A stretch of 64,000 nucleotides of DNA. Source: Candidatus Micrarchaeota archaeon (GTDB lineage: Archaea > Micrarchaeota > Micrarchaeia > Anstonellales > Anstonellaceae). Positions 32,934 to 41,169 of this stretch are shown here, in pieces. Under the pieces are notes generated by a model. The model was not told the DNA's origin. It saw only the letters and a list, made by a program, of their open reading frames with translations, and did no database searches. The position numbers were made by a program, and so were the translations under genes. Each line of letters starts with the position of its first letter. Position 1 is the stretch's first letter. The DNA lies in NCBI GenBank assembly GCA_026414185.1, contig JAOAJL010000001.1, forward strand, positions 545 through 64,544, in the 5' to 3' direction.

Positions 32934-33349
32934 TGGATATGATGGATGCTGAAAGAATTTACCGCGAGAACATACTTGACCATTACAAGAGGCCAAGAAG
33001 ATACGGAAGGATGGAGGGGGCTGACGCCGAGTCCGAAGGAGCCAATCCTGTTTGCGGCGATGAGATCAGGGTTTGGCTGAAGCTGAAGGGCGAAAGAATA
33101 GAGGATGCCCGCTTTGAGGCGGCGGCGTGCGCAATCTGCACTGCCTCTGCGTCAATGCTTCTTGAGCAGGTTGTAGGAAAAAAGACGCGGCAGGCTCTTG
33201 GGATGGGCAGGCAGGAAGTGCTTGCCCTTCTTGGCATAAACCCCGGACCGGCAAGGCTCAAATGCGCCCTTCTGCCGCTTGAAGTTCTCAAGGCGGCTCT
33301 CAAAAAGCCCGCAAGCAAAGGGGGTGGAAAGGATGCTGGCAAAGGTTAG
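32933..33349 (+). CDS. sufU: SufU/IscU-like Fe-S cluster assembly sulfur-transfer protein
   Basis: YRENILDHYKRPR, NP.CGD, AACAICTASASM: the three conserved Cys of the NifU-N/SufU family. 1-nt TGATG overlap with sufS. Confidence 0.8.
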   Translation: MDMMDAERIYRENILDHYKRPRRYGRMEGADAESEGANPVCGDEIRVWLKLKGERIEDARFEAAACAICTASASMLLEQVVGKKTRQALGMGRQEVLALLGINPGPARLKCALLPLEVLKAALKKPASKGGGKDAGKG

Positions 33350-34184
33350 GTTTGGTCCGGCTGGGCTTCCGCATCCAGCCCGCAGCAAGGGCACTGTGGC
33401 GGGAATAGAATACTGCAGGAGGATTGGCTTGGGCGCCATGGAAGTGGAGTTTGTCCATGGAGTGAACATGGGGCAGGAGGCGGCGCGGCAGGCAGGCGCC
33501 GCCGCCAAGAGCCAAGACGTGCTTCTTTCCTGCCATGCGCCCTACTACATAAACCTGTGCGCGAAAGAAAGGGCAAAACGGCAGGCAAGCATAGGAAGGA
33601 TAGTGGATTCGGCGCGGGCTGCTTTCTGGCTTTCCGCATCGCCGGTGGTAATCCACAGCGGATTTTATCTTGGGCGCTCTTCGGAAGAATGCAGCGGGGA
33701 GGTGTTTGCGGCATATGAGGCTTGCCTTGAACAGATGCGCAAGCTCAAGATAGAGGGCGTGGCTCTTGGGGCTGAGCTTACCGGCAGGAAGTCTGCCTAT
33801 GGCAGCCTGGAGGAGATAGTCGCCCTGGCGGAGCACTTCGGGCTGGAAAACGTCGTGCCGGTGATTGACTTTGCGCATTATCACGCAAGGCACAAGCGGC
33901 TGGCGACAAAGCAGGACTACCTTGAAATTTTGGATTTCGTGGAAAGGAGGCTTGGGGGCGATGCCGGCAAAAACTTCCACTGCCACTTCTCCGGCATAGA
34001 GGCAGGCAAGGCGGGGGAGAGAAGGCATCTTCCAGTCTCCTGCCAAAGCCCGCCTTTTGCCCCTCTTGCGCAGGTGTGGGTGGAAAACGGCTGGGGCGGC
34101 AGGCTCATTTGCGAATCGCCGCTTTTGGAAAATGACGCTTTTGCCTTGCAGGAAATCTATCTGAAGGCGGCTTGCGCCAGGTAA
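33333..34184 (+). CDS. Xylose-isomerase-like TIM-barrel protein, probable endonuclease IV-type AP endonuclease
   Basis: FGPAG.P, ME.EFV.GV, SCHAPYYINL, VVIHSG.Y, ELTG and IDFAHYHAR resemble metal-site segments of the AP_endonuc_2 fold. SD GGGGTGG lies 5 nt upstream of ATG 33333. Confidence 0.6.
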   Translation: MLAKVRFGPAGLPHPARSKGTVAGIEYCRRIGLGAMEVEFVHGVNMGQEAARQAGAAAKSQDVLLSCHAPYYINLCAKERAKRQASIGRIVDSARAAFWLSASPVVIHSGFYLGRSSEECSGEVFAAYEACLEQMRKLKIEGVALGAELTGRKSAYGSLEEIVALAEHFGLENVVPVIDFAHYHARHKRLATKQDYLEILDFVERRLGGDAGKNFHCHFSGIEAGKAGERRHLPVSCQSPPFAPLAQVWVENGWGGRLICESPLLENDAFALQEIYLKAACAR

Positions 34185-34310
34185 GCGCAGGGCTGTGTGG
34201 CGATGGCGCATTCTGTCGCACCTCTGATGTATTTTTAAAGTTTGGGTGGGATAAGGAATGAAACTTGCTTAGGCTACGGGCTGTGGATGGCTTTTGCCTG
34301 TGGTGGATTT

Positions 34311-34910
34311 ATGTATTATGTAAATAGTTGCCGGGACAGGGTTCGCCTTCCCGCTCAGTGTTTTTCCATGAAGCTTGAGGATGCTCTCACCCAGATTCTG
34401 CGCGAAAAATATGAGAGGCGCATTGACAAGGAAGCCGGGCTTGTGCTGGCAGTCTGGAACGTGAAGGCTGCAGGCGATGGCATAGTCATACCCGGGGACC
34501 ACGCCGCCTACTACGACGTGAGTTTTGACGCGCTTTGCTACCTGCCGCAGGTAAATGAGATTGTTGAGGCAGATGTTTCCGAAATCGTGGAGTTCGGCGC
34601 GTTCCTTTCTCTTGGACCCCTTGAGGGGCTTGTCCACCTCTCCCAGATCGCAAACGACTTTTTGACATTCAACAAAAAGACAATGAGCTTCTCCGGAAAG
34701 GAAAGCAAGAAGATACTCAAAAAAGGCGACCACGTCTTTGCGAAGATATCAACTGTCAGCTTGAAGGGAAGCATACCTGAGACAAAGATAGGGCTCACCA
34801 TGAGGCCCGATGGGCTTGGGAAAGAAGAGTGGATAGGGGCGCCAAAGAAGGAGGAGGCTGAGGCGCCGAAGAAGGAGAAGAAACCCAAGAGGGAAGAGGG
34901 CGGGGAGTAG
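34311..34910 (+). CDS. rpo7: DNA-directed RNA polymerase subunit E' (Rpo7) with an S1 domain and a Lys/Glu-rich tail
   Basis: N-terminus MYYVNSCRDRVRLPAQCF..LEDAL, then S1-like EIVEADVSEIVEFGAFLSLGPLEGLVHLSQI. Followed by Spt4/RpoE'' as in most archaea. Confidence 0.8.
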   Translation: MYYVNSCRDRVRLPAQCFSMKLEDALTQILREKYERRIDKEAGLVLAVWNVKAAGDGIVIPGDHAAYYDVSFDALCYLPQVNEIVEADVSEIVEFGAFLSLGPLEGLVHLSQIANDFLTFNKKTMSFSGKESKKILKKGDHVFAKISTVSLKGSIPETKIGLTMRPDGLGKEEWIGAPKKEEAEAPKKEKKPKREEGGE

Positions 34911-34922
34911 GAAGTGGGGCTT

Positions 34923-35111
34923 ATGAAGGCATGCAAATCTTGCAGGCTGATTGTGGAGGACTATGCGCTTACCTGCCCTGCCTGCCAGGGGGCTGACTTG
35001 ACCGAGAAGTTTTCTGGGCAGCTTGTTGTGAATGACCCTGAAAAGTCTGAGATTGGAAAGAAGCTTTCTGTGAAGGTTCCGGGAAAGTATGCCATCAAGA
35101 TTCGCAGGTAG
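34923..35111 (+). CDS. spt4: Transcription elongation factor Spt4 (RpoE'')
   Basis: MKACKSCRLIV....CPAC zinc ribbon, then G.L.V.DPEKSEI. 62 aa. Confidence 0.75.
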   Translation: MKACKSCRLIVEDYALTCPACQGADLTEKFSGQLVVNDPEKSEIGKKLSVKVPGKYAIKIRR

Positions 35112-35123
35112 GCGGGTGGTTTT

Positions 35124-35417
35124 GTGGCAAACAAGATACGCGGCAGGGAGAAGCTTGTGACTTGCTCGTCTTGCGGCAGGACAATGCCGAAGGACAAATC
35201 AGTCAAATACGGCAGGATGAACGTCTATTCCACAGAGCTTAAAAGCGGCGACGACGTGAAAGCCACCACATTTGTTGAAAGCTATTACTGCATATCCTGC
35301 GCCAAGCACCGGCGCATTTTTGAGAAGCTTGGCAGGAAAGCAGCTATCGCCGCGGCAAGAAAGGAAAGGGAGTTTAAGCGCCCGACTGAGCGCTGGAACA
35401 GCGGGCGAAGGTGGTAG
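35124..35417 (+). CDS. rps26e: Ribosomal protein S26e (eS26), GTG start
   Basis: VTCSSCGRTMPKDKSVKY...YYCISCAKHRRIF matches the eS26 pattern C..C.R.VPKDKA...YC.SCA.H. SD GGGTGG at 35114-35119. Confidence 0.7.
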   Translation: MANKIRGREKLVTCSSCGRTMPKDKSVKYGRMNVYSTELKSGDDVKATTFVESYYCISCAKHRRIFEKLGRKAAIAAARKEREFKRPTERWNSGRRW

Positions 35418-35472
35418 CATCAGCTTGGGAGCCGATGCCTTGCTCGCGCCTGCACTGCCAGAGGTGGTGTGA

Positions 35473-35760
35473 ATGGAGGAGAAGCTCACATTTGAGGGTC
35501 GCCAGTATATCGGGCTTAGCTTCAACCTTGGAAATGTCCCGCTTCTGATTGTGAAGGCGAAGAGGGGCTATGTTGCCTGCAGCTACATTTCCAAGGAGGC
35601 GGCAGAGAAATTCGGCGACGTTGCCGCATTTGTCTCCGGCGTGAAGACCTTTGAAGACTTCTTCAAGGCGAAAATAAAGTCCTTTACCACTTGGGCTGAC
35701 GACCTGGGAATCCGCGAGGGCATGTCGGTGAAAAAAGCCCTTGAGCTTATGGACCAGTAG
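35473..35760 (+). CDS. DUF1805 (YunC-like) domain protein
   Basis: 95 aa. ...PLLIVKAKRGYVACSYISKEAAEKFGDVAAFVSGVKTFEDF... matches my memory of the DUF1805 pattern. Confidence 0.6.
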   Translation: MEEKLTFEGRQYIGLSFNLGNVPLLIVKAKRGYVACSYISKEAAEKFGDVAAFVSGVKTFEDFFKAKIKSFTTWADDLGIREGMSVKKALELMDQ

Positions 35761-35800
35761 GGCGCTTTTGCAGGCGCCGCGCCTTGGCTGCCTTTTGCCC

Positions 35801-36322
35801 TCATCTTTTCAGGCGCTTGAGGGCAAGCCCTGCCAGCCTTTTCCCAGAATCGCTTCTTATCGCCTGCAAAGCAGAGGAAATAAACTGCCCCATCCTCAGG
35901 TTGCCTCCGTTCGCATTTTCTATGGCGCGCAAAAGCATGTCAAGCCCGTCTGCGTCGGAAAGAAGCAGGGCTGCCTTGGGGGGAAGGGAAAAGGGCAGCT
36001 CCCCTTCAAGATGCGTGCCTTGCACCATCTGCGCCTCAGTGCCGCGCTCGTCCGGCGCTTGCCTGCTCTTCTCCTGCGGAGTCAAATCTCCCAGCCTTGC
36101 TTCGTGCAAATCGTGCAAGATGGCTGCTTTGAGAAGCAGGTGCTCTTCTTTTTCCTCCAGACTTTCCATCTTGGCAAGCGCAAGGGCAGCCATCGCAACG
36201 CCGAAGGAGTGCTCCCCCACCGACTCGTCCGGAGCCCCTGCGCGCTTCCAGCCGCTTCTGTGAAGGTGCTTTAGCTTCATGGCATCAAGGAGAAGATGCA
36301 GGGTGCGCTCGTCGGAAGCCAT
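35801..36322 (-). CDS. HD-domain phosphohydrolase (YfbR-like 5'-nucleotidase family)
   Basis: RSGW.....ESVGEHSF, AILHDLHEARLGD (HD motif). Confidence 0.7.
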   Translation of the reverse strand: MASDERTLHLLLDAMKLKHLHRSGWKRAGAPDESVGEHSFGVAMAALALAKMESLEEKEEHLLLKAAILHDLHEARLGDLTPQEKSRQAPDERGTEAQMVQGTHLEGELPFSLPPKAALLLSDADGLDMLLRAIENANGGNLRMGQFISSALQAIRSDSGKRLAGLALKRLKR

Positions 36323-36368
36323 AGGGTAAGGTGCGCGCTTTGGGAATAAATAGGTGCCGCTTGCCGCC

Positions 36369-37574
36369 TTAGCCCTTCTGCTCTATTATTGAGAATCCCT
36401 TCTCCACTATTCTTTTGACCTCTGCCGCAGAATAGCCGAGCCGGATGAGCCTTGTCCTGCCGCGCATGCCGGCTCCTGACTCAACGGTTGTTATCAGCCC
36501 GAGCATCTCCAGGTCATTGAGGTATTCGCGATACCAGCGGGAAGAGCGGCGCGGCTTTCGGTAGCGGCGGCAGACGCGCGCGTAGGCTTCGTAAGCCTCG
36601 CCTGATGTTATGAAGAAATCCTCCTCTTCGCTTGAAGCAAGCCGCGTGTTTTTGCTTTTGTCAATGAAGAGGTTGGCTATGCCAAGAAGGACAAGCTGGT
36701 GGTGGTCTGGCAGGGCGGAGATTGCCTCAAAGGCTATGTCGCGGTCAACAGAGCGGCGCGCCTCCTCCACCTCCCTGTCGGTTATCCTGCGGATTGCCTT
36801 TTCGTCTGCGATTTCCCCCGCCTTCAGAAGCAGCTTGAGGGCGTAGCGCGCATCCCCGCTTTCCTGCGCGGTGAGGGCGGCGGCAAGGTTTATCGCCGAG
36901 TCGTCCGCTGTGCCGGGCTTAAAGCCGAGCCGTGCCCTCTGCGAGAGTATGGCTTGCAGCTGGCTTGCTGTGTAGGGGTGGAAAACGAACTCGTTCTCGC
37001 AAAGCGAGGAGCGGGAGCGCGAGTCAAGCTGCTCCTTGAAGGTGAGCTTGTTTGTTATGCCGATTATTGAGATGCCCCCTGATTTCAGCTCGTCGTTTGA
37101 GCGCGTGAGCGTGTAGAGCAAATCGTCCAGGTCTTTTACCATGTCCACCTCGTCAAGCACGACTATGAGAAATATTGACTTTGAGGATATCTCCTGCACC
37201 ATCCTTTCATAGAGCATGGCAAGCCCAAAGCCCATGGAATCAAGCGAGGGGAGGAGCTCCTTGACTATCTTTTGTATCACCCTGTAGCGCGAGTTGTACA
37301 TCCTGCAGTTTATGTAGCAGTATGAGCCTGGACCGGCGTGGCGCTCAAACTGCGCCATGACGTGCTTGACAGAGGCGGTTTTGCCTGTCCCGGTCTTTCC
37401 GTAGATGAAGATGTTGCGCGGGCGCTCTTTTTTGAGTGCGGGCGACACGCCCTCCATTATGCGCCGTATCTCGTTTTCGCGAAACGGCAGCGCCTCTGGG
37501 ACATAGTGGGGGGAAAGGACATTCCTGTCTGCAAAGACAGAGGGCTTTGAGAGTATCTCCGAAAAAGATGGCAT
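36369..37574 (-). CDS. cdc6: Orc1/Cdc6 replication initiator
   Basis: L.P.YVPE.LP.RE.EI, Walker A YGKTGTGKT, Walker B VLDEVD, sensor regions and a C-terminal winged helix (LNDLEMLGLI). Confidence 0.9.
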   Translation of the reverse strand: MPSFSEILSKPSVFADRNVLSPHYVPEALPFRENEIRRIMEGVSPALKKERPRNIFIYGKTGTGKTASVKHVMAQFERHAGPGSYCYINCRMYNSRYRVIQKIVKELLPSLDSMGFGLAMLYERMVQEISSKSIFLIVVLDEVDMVKDLDDLLYTLTRSNDELKSGGISIIGITNKLTFKEQLDSRSRSSLCENEFVFHPYTASQLQAILSQRARLGFKPGTADDSAINLAAALTAQESGDARYALKLLLKAGEIADEKAIRRITDREVEEARRSVDRDIAFEAISALPDHHQLVLLGIANLFIDKSKNTRLASSEEEDFFITSGEAYEAYARVCRRYRKPRRSSRWYREYLNDLEMLGLITTVESGAGMRGRTRLIRLGYSAAEVKRIVEKGFSIIEQKG

Positions 37575-37684
37575 GGAAACGCGCCTTGCCCGCAGGGTGC
37601 GGGTTTTTGATGGATAAGATAAGCCTTATTAAACTATACTCCGAATAACGAGCATCGGCAACTGATATTTACCGAGGTGAGAGA

Positions 37685-38050
37685 ATGGGCATCCTTGACA
37701 AAATCGCCCGCGGACTTGGGATAAAGAGCGAAACGAACATTGAGGACTTCATGACCACGGTGGAGATGGAGAACGTTGATGTGCTTCATGAGGCTGCGGA
37801 CTTCTATGTGAAGCCCATTCCCCTTGAGAGCGAAAACGACGTTCCCCTCATTGTGGAGGAGCTGAAAAACAGGAATATCGTCCTTCTTAACGTCCAGCCG
37901 ATGAGCAAGATGCCAAACAAGCTCAAGCAGGTAATTGACAACCTCAAGACGCACATCACGAAGATAAACGGCGACATTGCCAGGCTTGACGAGTTCAAGA
38001 TACTCCTCACGCCAAGCAAGGTCAAGATTGTCAAAAGCCGCAAGAAATAG
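37685..38050 (+). CDS. sepF: Cell division protein SepF (archaeal type)
   Basis: 121 aa. The N-terminal amphipathic MGILDKIARGLG (membrane-targeting-like) and the core PLIVEELKNRNIVLLNV...GDIARLDEFKILLTP match SepF/DUF552. SD GAGGTGA at 37674-37680. Confidence 0.8.
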   Translation: MGILDKIARGLGIKSETNIEDFMTTVEMENVDVLHEAADFYVKPIPLESENDVPLIVEELKNRNIVLLNVQPMSKMPNKLKQVIDNLKTHITKINGDIARLDEFKILLTPSKVKIVKSRKK

Positions 38051-38112
38051 GGCTGCTTGAAGGAATCCGGCAGGCGCTGCTTTCAGCAGCTATTATGGCT
38101 TTTGGCGGCGAT

Positions 38113-38712
38113 TCAGCGGTATTTTGCAAGCTCTGACTCCACCACTGACCTGAATGCTAAAGCCGGCTGAGCTCCTCGGATGACACTGCTTCCTATCTTG
38201 AAGGAGGGGGTTGCGGATATGCCTGCCTGCCGCGCCTCTCGCATATCAGACTGGATGAGGGCATCGGGGCGAAAGGAGGAAAGGCAGGCGGAAAACTCCC
38301 TCTCGTCAAGCCCTATCTGCGCCGCATAGCGCCTTATGTCCTGCTCTTCAAGAAGGCGCTGGTTCGCAAAAAGCAAATCGTGCATCTCCCAGAATTTTTT
38401 CTGCTCCTCCGCGCAGGCGGCTGCGCGCGCCGCAAGATAGGCTTTTGGATGGACTTCAAGGGGGAAATGGCGGAACTGGAGCTGGACTTCCGCTGGGTAG
38501 GCGCGGAGGATTTCCTCTACTGCCGCCTGCGCCCTTGCGCAGTAGGGGCACTCAAAATCAGAATACTCCACTATGACGACTTTTGGGGTGGCGGAGCCGC
38601 GATACGCCCTGCCCTGCGGGGTCGTCCCCTGGCTTATCGGCTGGCTTGCGCAGCCAAAAAGCAAAAGAAACAGCAGCAGAAAAGCGGCAAGTTTTGCCCC
38701 CATCAAAGCCAC
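38113..38712 (-). CDS. DsbA-family thiol:disulfide oxidoreductase, probable lipoprotein
   Basis: Signal with lipobox-like LLFGC. Thioredoxin-fold active site CPYC (SDFECPYCAR). Helical insertion and C-terminal ATPSF cis-Pro loop. Confidence 0.75.
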   Translation of the reverse strand: MALMGAKLAAFLLLFLLLFGCASQPISQGTTPQGRAYRGSATPKVVIVEYSDFECPYCARAQAAVEEILRAYPAEVQLQFRHFPLEVHPKAYLAARAAACAEEQKKFWEMHDLLFANQRLLEEQDIRRYAAQIGLDEREFSACLSSFRPDALIQSDMREARQAGISATPSFKIGSSVIRGAQPALAFRSVVESELAKYR

Positions 38713-38799
38713 CCCGTGCGCTTGGCGCGTCCTGTCGCGCTTCCAATTGCCAGTTGCTCATTTTATAAAGACTACCTTACAAACCGTGTAGGTGTGGGC

Positions 38800-39741
38800 A
38801 TGCCGAGGTGCCAGAGGAAAAAAAGCAGGGCTGGCTTTGGCAAGGACCTCATTTCAATACGCGATTTGTCAAAAGGCGAAGTTGAGCTTTTTCTTTCAGA
38901 AGCGGCGCGGATGGAAAAGCTACTTGGCATGCCTGGCTGCGAGCTTCTGAAGGGGAAGGTTGTCGCAAACATGTTTTATGAGCCTTCCACGAGGACAAAC
39001 ATGTCCTTTCAGGCTGCGACAAAGAGGCTTGGCGCCAAGATAATGACTTTCTACCCCACTACAAGCTCAGCCGCGAAGGGCGAAACCCTTGCCGACACCA
39101 TAAGGATGATTGACGGCTACGCGGATGCGATTGTTCTTCGCCACCCACTTGAAGGCGCCGCGAGATTTGCCGCTGACTTGTCGGAGCACCCTGTCATAAA
39201 CGCCGGAGACGGCGGAAACCAGCATCCGACCCAGACGCTCATAGACCTGTATTCCATAAAGAAGCTCAAGGGGAAAATCGCTGGCTTGAACGTTTCGCTT
39301 CTTGGCGACCTGAAGCATGCGAGGGCTATGCGCTCCCTGCTTTACGGGCTTGGGATGTTCGGCGCAAAAGTCACCCTGATTTCACCGCCTGCCCTTCGCA
39401 TGGACGAGGACATAATAGAAGAGACAAAAAGAAAATTCGGCGCGGATGTTTCCCAGACGGCAAGCATAGACCTTTCCGGCTGCGACGTCCTTTATGTGTG
39501 CAGGATACAGAAGGAGCGCTTTTCAGACCCGTATGAAGCCGAGAAGATGCAAAAGGAATTCAGGGTGGATTTGGAGCTTTTGTCTTCCGCGCCGAAGGAT
39601 TTGGCAATATTGCATCCGCTTCCGAAGGTTGATGAGATACCGCCTGAGGTTGATGCTGACCCGAGGGCGAAGTATTTTGAGCAGGCTAAAAACGGGGTCC
39701 CGGTCCGGATGGCAGTCCTTAAGTTGTGCTTGGGGGTGTGA
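38800..39741 (+). CDS. pyrB: Aspartate carbamoyltransferase catalytic subunit
   Basis: FYEPSTRT, HPTQ and HPLP motifs. TATA TTTTATAAA at 38761-38769 precedes ATG 38800. The track ORF's upstream 140 codons are antisense to dsbA. Confidence 0.9.
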   Translation: MPRCQRKKSRAGFGKDLISIRDLSKGEVELFLSEAARMEKLLGMPGCELLKGKVVANMFYEPSTRTNMSFQAATKRLGAKIMTFYPTTSSAAKGETLADTIRMIDGYADAIVLRHPLEGAARFAADLSEHPVINAGDGGNQHPTQTLIDLYSIKKLKGKIAGLNVSLLGDLKHARAMRSLLYGLGMFGAKVTLISPPALRMDEDIIEETKRKFGADVSQTASIDLSGCDVLYVCRIQKERFSDPYEAEKMQKEFRVDLELLSSAPKDLAILHPLPKVDEIPPEVDADPRAKYFEQAKNGVPVRMAVLKLCLGV

Positions 39742-39808
39742 AGATGGCAAGCGGCGAGCCTGAAAAAAGGATAAGAAAGTGGGAGGGCGCTGTCTTTGAA
39801 GGCAGGGT

Positions 39809-40252
39809 GTGATGATGCCTCTTAACGTGCAGAAGATAAGCGATGGGAGCGTGGTGGACCACATTGCTGCCGGAGCAGGAAGCAAGGTCCTTGCCATCCT
39901 TTCTTCCTCGCACCCGATTGAAGGGATGGCTGCGCTGATAATAAATGCCCCATCCAAGAAGCTGGGCAGAAAGGACATTGTGAAGATAGAGAACGTCTTC
40001 ATAGACGAGACGACTGCCAACAAGATAGCCCTTATTGCCCCTAAGGCGACTGTGAACATAATAAGGGGCGGGGAAGTCGTGGACAAGCACCATGTGGAGA
40101 TGCCCAAAACCCTTTCAGGCTTGCTTTCCTGCCCGAACCCAAAGTGCATCACCAACTCAGAGAAGGCGAAGACTTCCTTTTCGCTTGAGGAAAGCGGCTC
40201 GATGAGATGCAGGCATTGCGAGAGGCTGTTCAAGCCAGAGGAGCTTGTTTAG
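39809..40252 (+). CDS. pyrI: Aspartate carbamoyltransferase regulatory subunit
   Basis: V.KI.DGSVVDHI, and a C-terminal zinc domain CPNPKCITN...CRHCE. Confidence 0.85.
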   Translation: MMMPLNVQKISDGSVVDHIAAGAGSKVLAILSSSHPIEGMAALIINAPSKKLGRKDIVKIENVFIDETTANKIALIAPKATVNIIRGGEVVDKHHVEMPKTLSGLLSCPNPKCITNSEKAKTSFSLEESGSMRCRHCERLFKPEELV

Positions 40253-40260
40253 ATGGTTTT

Positions 40261-40596
40261 ATGAGAAGACTTTTTCTGAAGACAAAGTCGTGCATGATAC
40301 TCATGCTTCTGAAGGATTCCGCAAAGCAGTGGTATCCATCCAACCTGGCAAGAGAGGCAGGGGCTTCTTATGTGCATACGGTCAATCTCCTTGCCCGCCT
40401 GAGGCAAAACGGGATTGTGGATGTGGAAAGGAAGGGCAGGCAGAACATATACCGCCTCAGCGAAAAGGGCGCCTACCTTGCCTCCGCCCTTGATGACTTT
40501 GCGAAGAAATGCGACGCCTACGAGCAGGAAGCGAAGGCAAAGGCGCAGCAGGAGGCGGCAGCAGGCAGCCCCCAGGAGAGTGCGCAACCGCGTTAA
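40261..40596 (+). CDS. Winged-helix transcriptional regulator (ArsR/MarR-like) with an acidic/Ala-rich tail
   Basis: ILMLLKDSAKQWYPSNLAREAGASYVHTVNLLARLRQNGIVDVERKGRQNIYRLSEKG is an HTH plus wing. Confidence 0.6.
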   Translation: MRRLFLKTKSCMILMLLKDSAKQWYPSNLAREAGASYVHTVNLLARLRQNGIVDVERKGRQNIYRLSEKGAYLASALDDFAKKCDAYEQEAKAKAQQEAAAGSPQESAQPR

Positions 40597-40637
40597 GTCT
40601 TTATATCTTCCAGCAGAACAGGAATCGGGTGGTTGAA

Positions 40638-41159
40638 ATGGCTCCGCAGAAAATTGGGGAGGAGAGGCGGGAGTCTGATTCGCGCTCCATGCTTTCCTTT
40701 GTTCCTGCGGGCTATCCGCGAAGCATAGCCGAGTATTTTGTTGCTCACATACCAGGGGCAGTGCTGCTTTTTGCGTTTTTCGTTGCGGCTGAGGCAGGGG
40801 TGGCGTTTTTTGCCCGCCAGGGCGGAAGCGAGTGGGTCGGCTTTGTCTTCCTGCCCGTTGCGTGCATAGTCCCGCTTATCTCCGGCGTGGTTTCATTGCT
40901 TGTCCTTGAGAAAATCAGGGAGAAGCCGATTGACATCAAGAGAGGGGCGCTTGTCGGGGCGCTTGGGTGCGCAAGCGGCGCGACTCTTTCCGCGATTATG
41001 CTTCTTGCGGCAAAGTTCATGCTGCCTGGTTCGCCTTTTGGGTTTGGCGCGCTTGGCGGGATAGTTTTCTTCATTGTTCTGCCGGTGATGATTTTGCTGG
41101 AAATTGTCCTTGGCGCCCTCGGCGGCGCGCTTGCCGCAAAGTTCATAACAAACAGCTGA
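40638..41159 (+). CDS. Hypothetical membrane protein (about 4 TM)
   Basis: An acidic/basic N-terminal ~35 aa, then four Gly/Ala-rich hydrophobic helices. No family recognised. Confidence 0.5.
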   Translation: MAPQKIGEERRESDSRSMLSFVPAGYPRSIAEYFVAHIPGAVLLFAFFVAAEAGVAFFARQGGSEWVGFVFLPVACIVPLISGVVSLLVLEKIREKPIDIKRGALVGALGCASGATLSAIMLLAAKFMLPGSPFGFGALGGIVFFIVLPVMILLEIVLGALGGALAAKFITNS

Positions 41160-41169
41160 GCTTCTGATT

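Noticed and set aside
33300-34211. 303-aa ORF on the minus strand covering the whole TIM-barrel (endonuclease IV-like) gene
   Set aside because: The translation is Arg/Pro/Ala-rich low-complexity sequence with no motif. The plus-strand frame carries recognisable fold motifs and an SD. Long antisense ORFs are expected in GC-rich DNA.
37575-37684. Replication origin directly upstream of orc1/cdc6
   Set aside because: The spacer is only 110 bp, has one short palindrome and no repeated ORB-like elements, and its AT-rich stretch is barely promoter-sized. The evidence is insufficient to call an origin.
38380-38799. 140-codon N-terminal extension of the pyrB ORF in the track
   Set aside because: The extension is antisense to the DsbA gene and has junk-like sequence. 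The pyrB family N-terminus, a TATA box (38761-38769) and ATG 38800 fit the shorter model.
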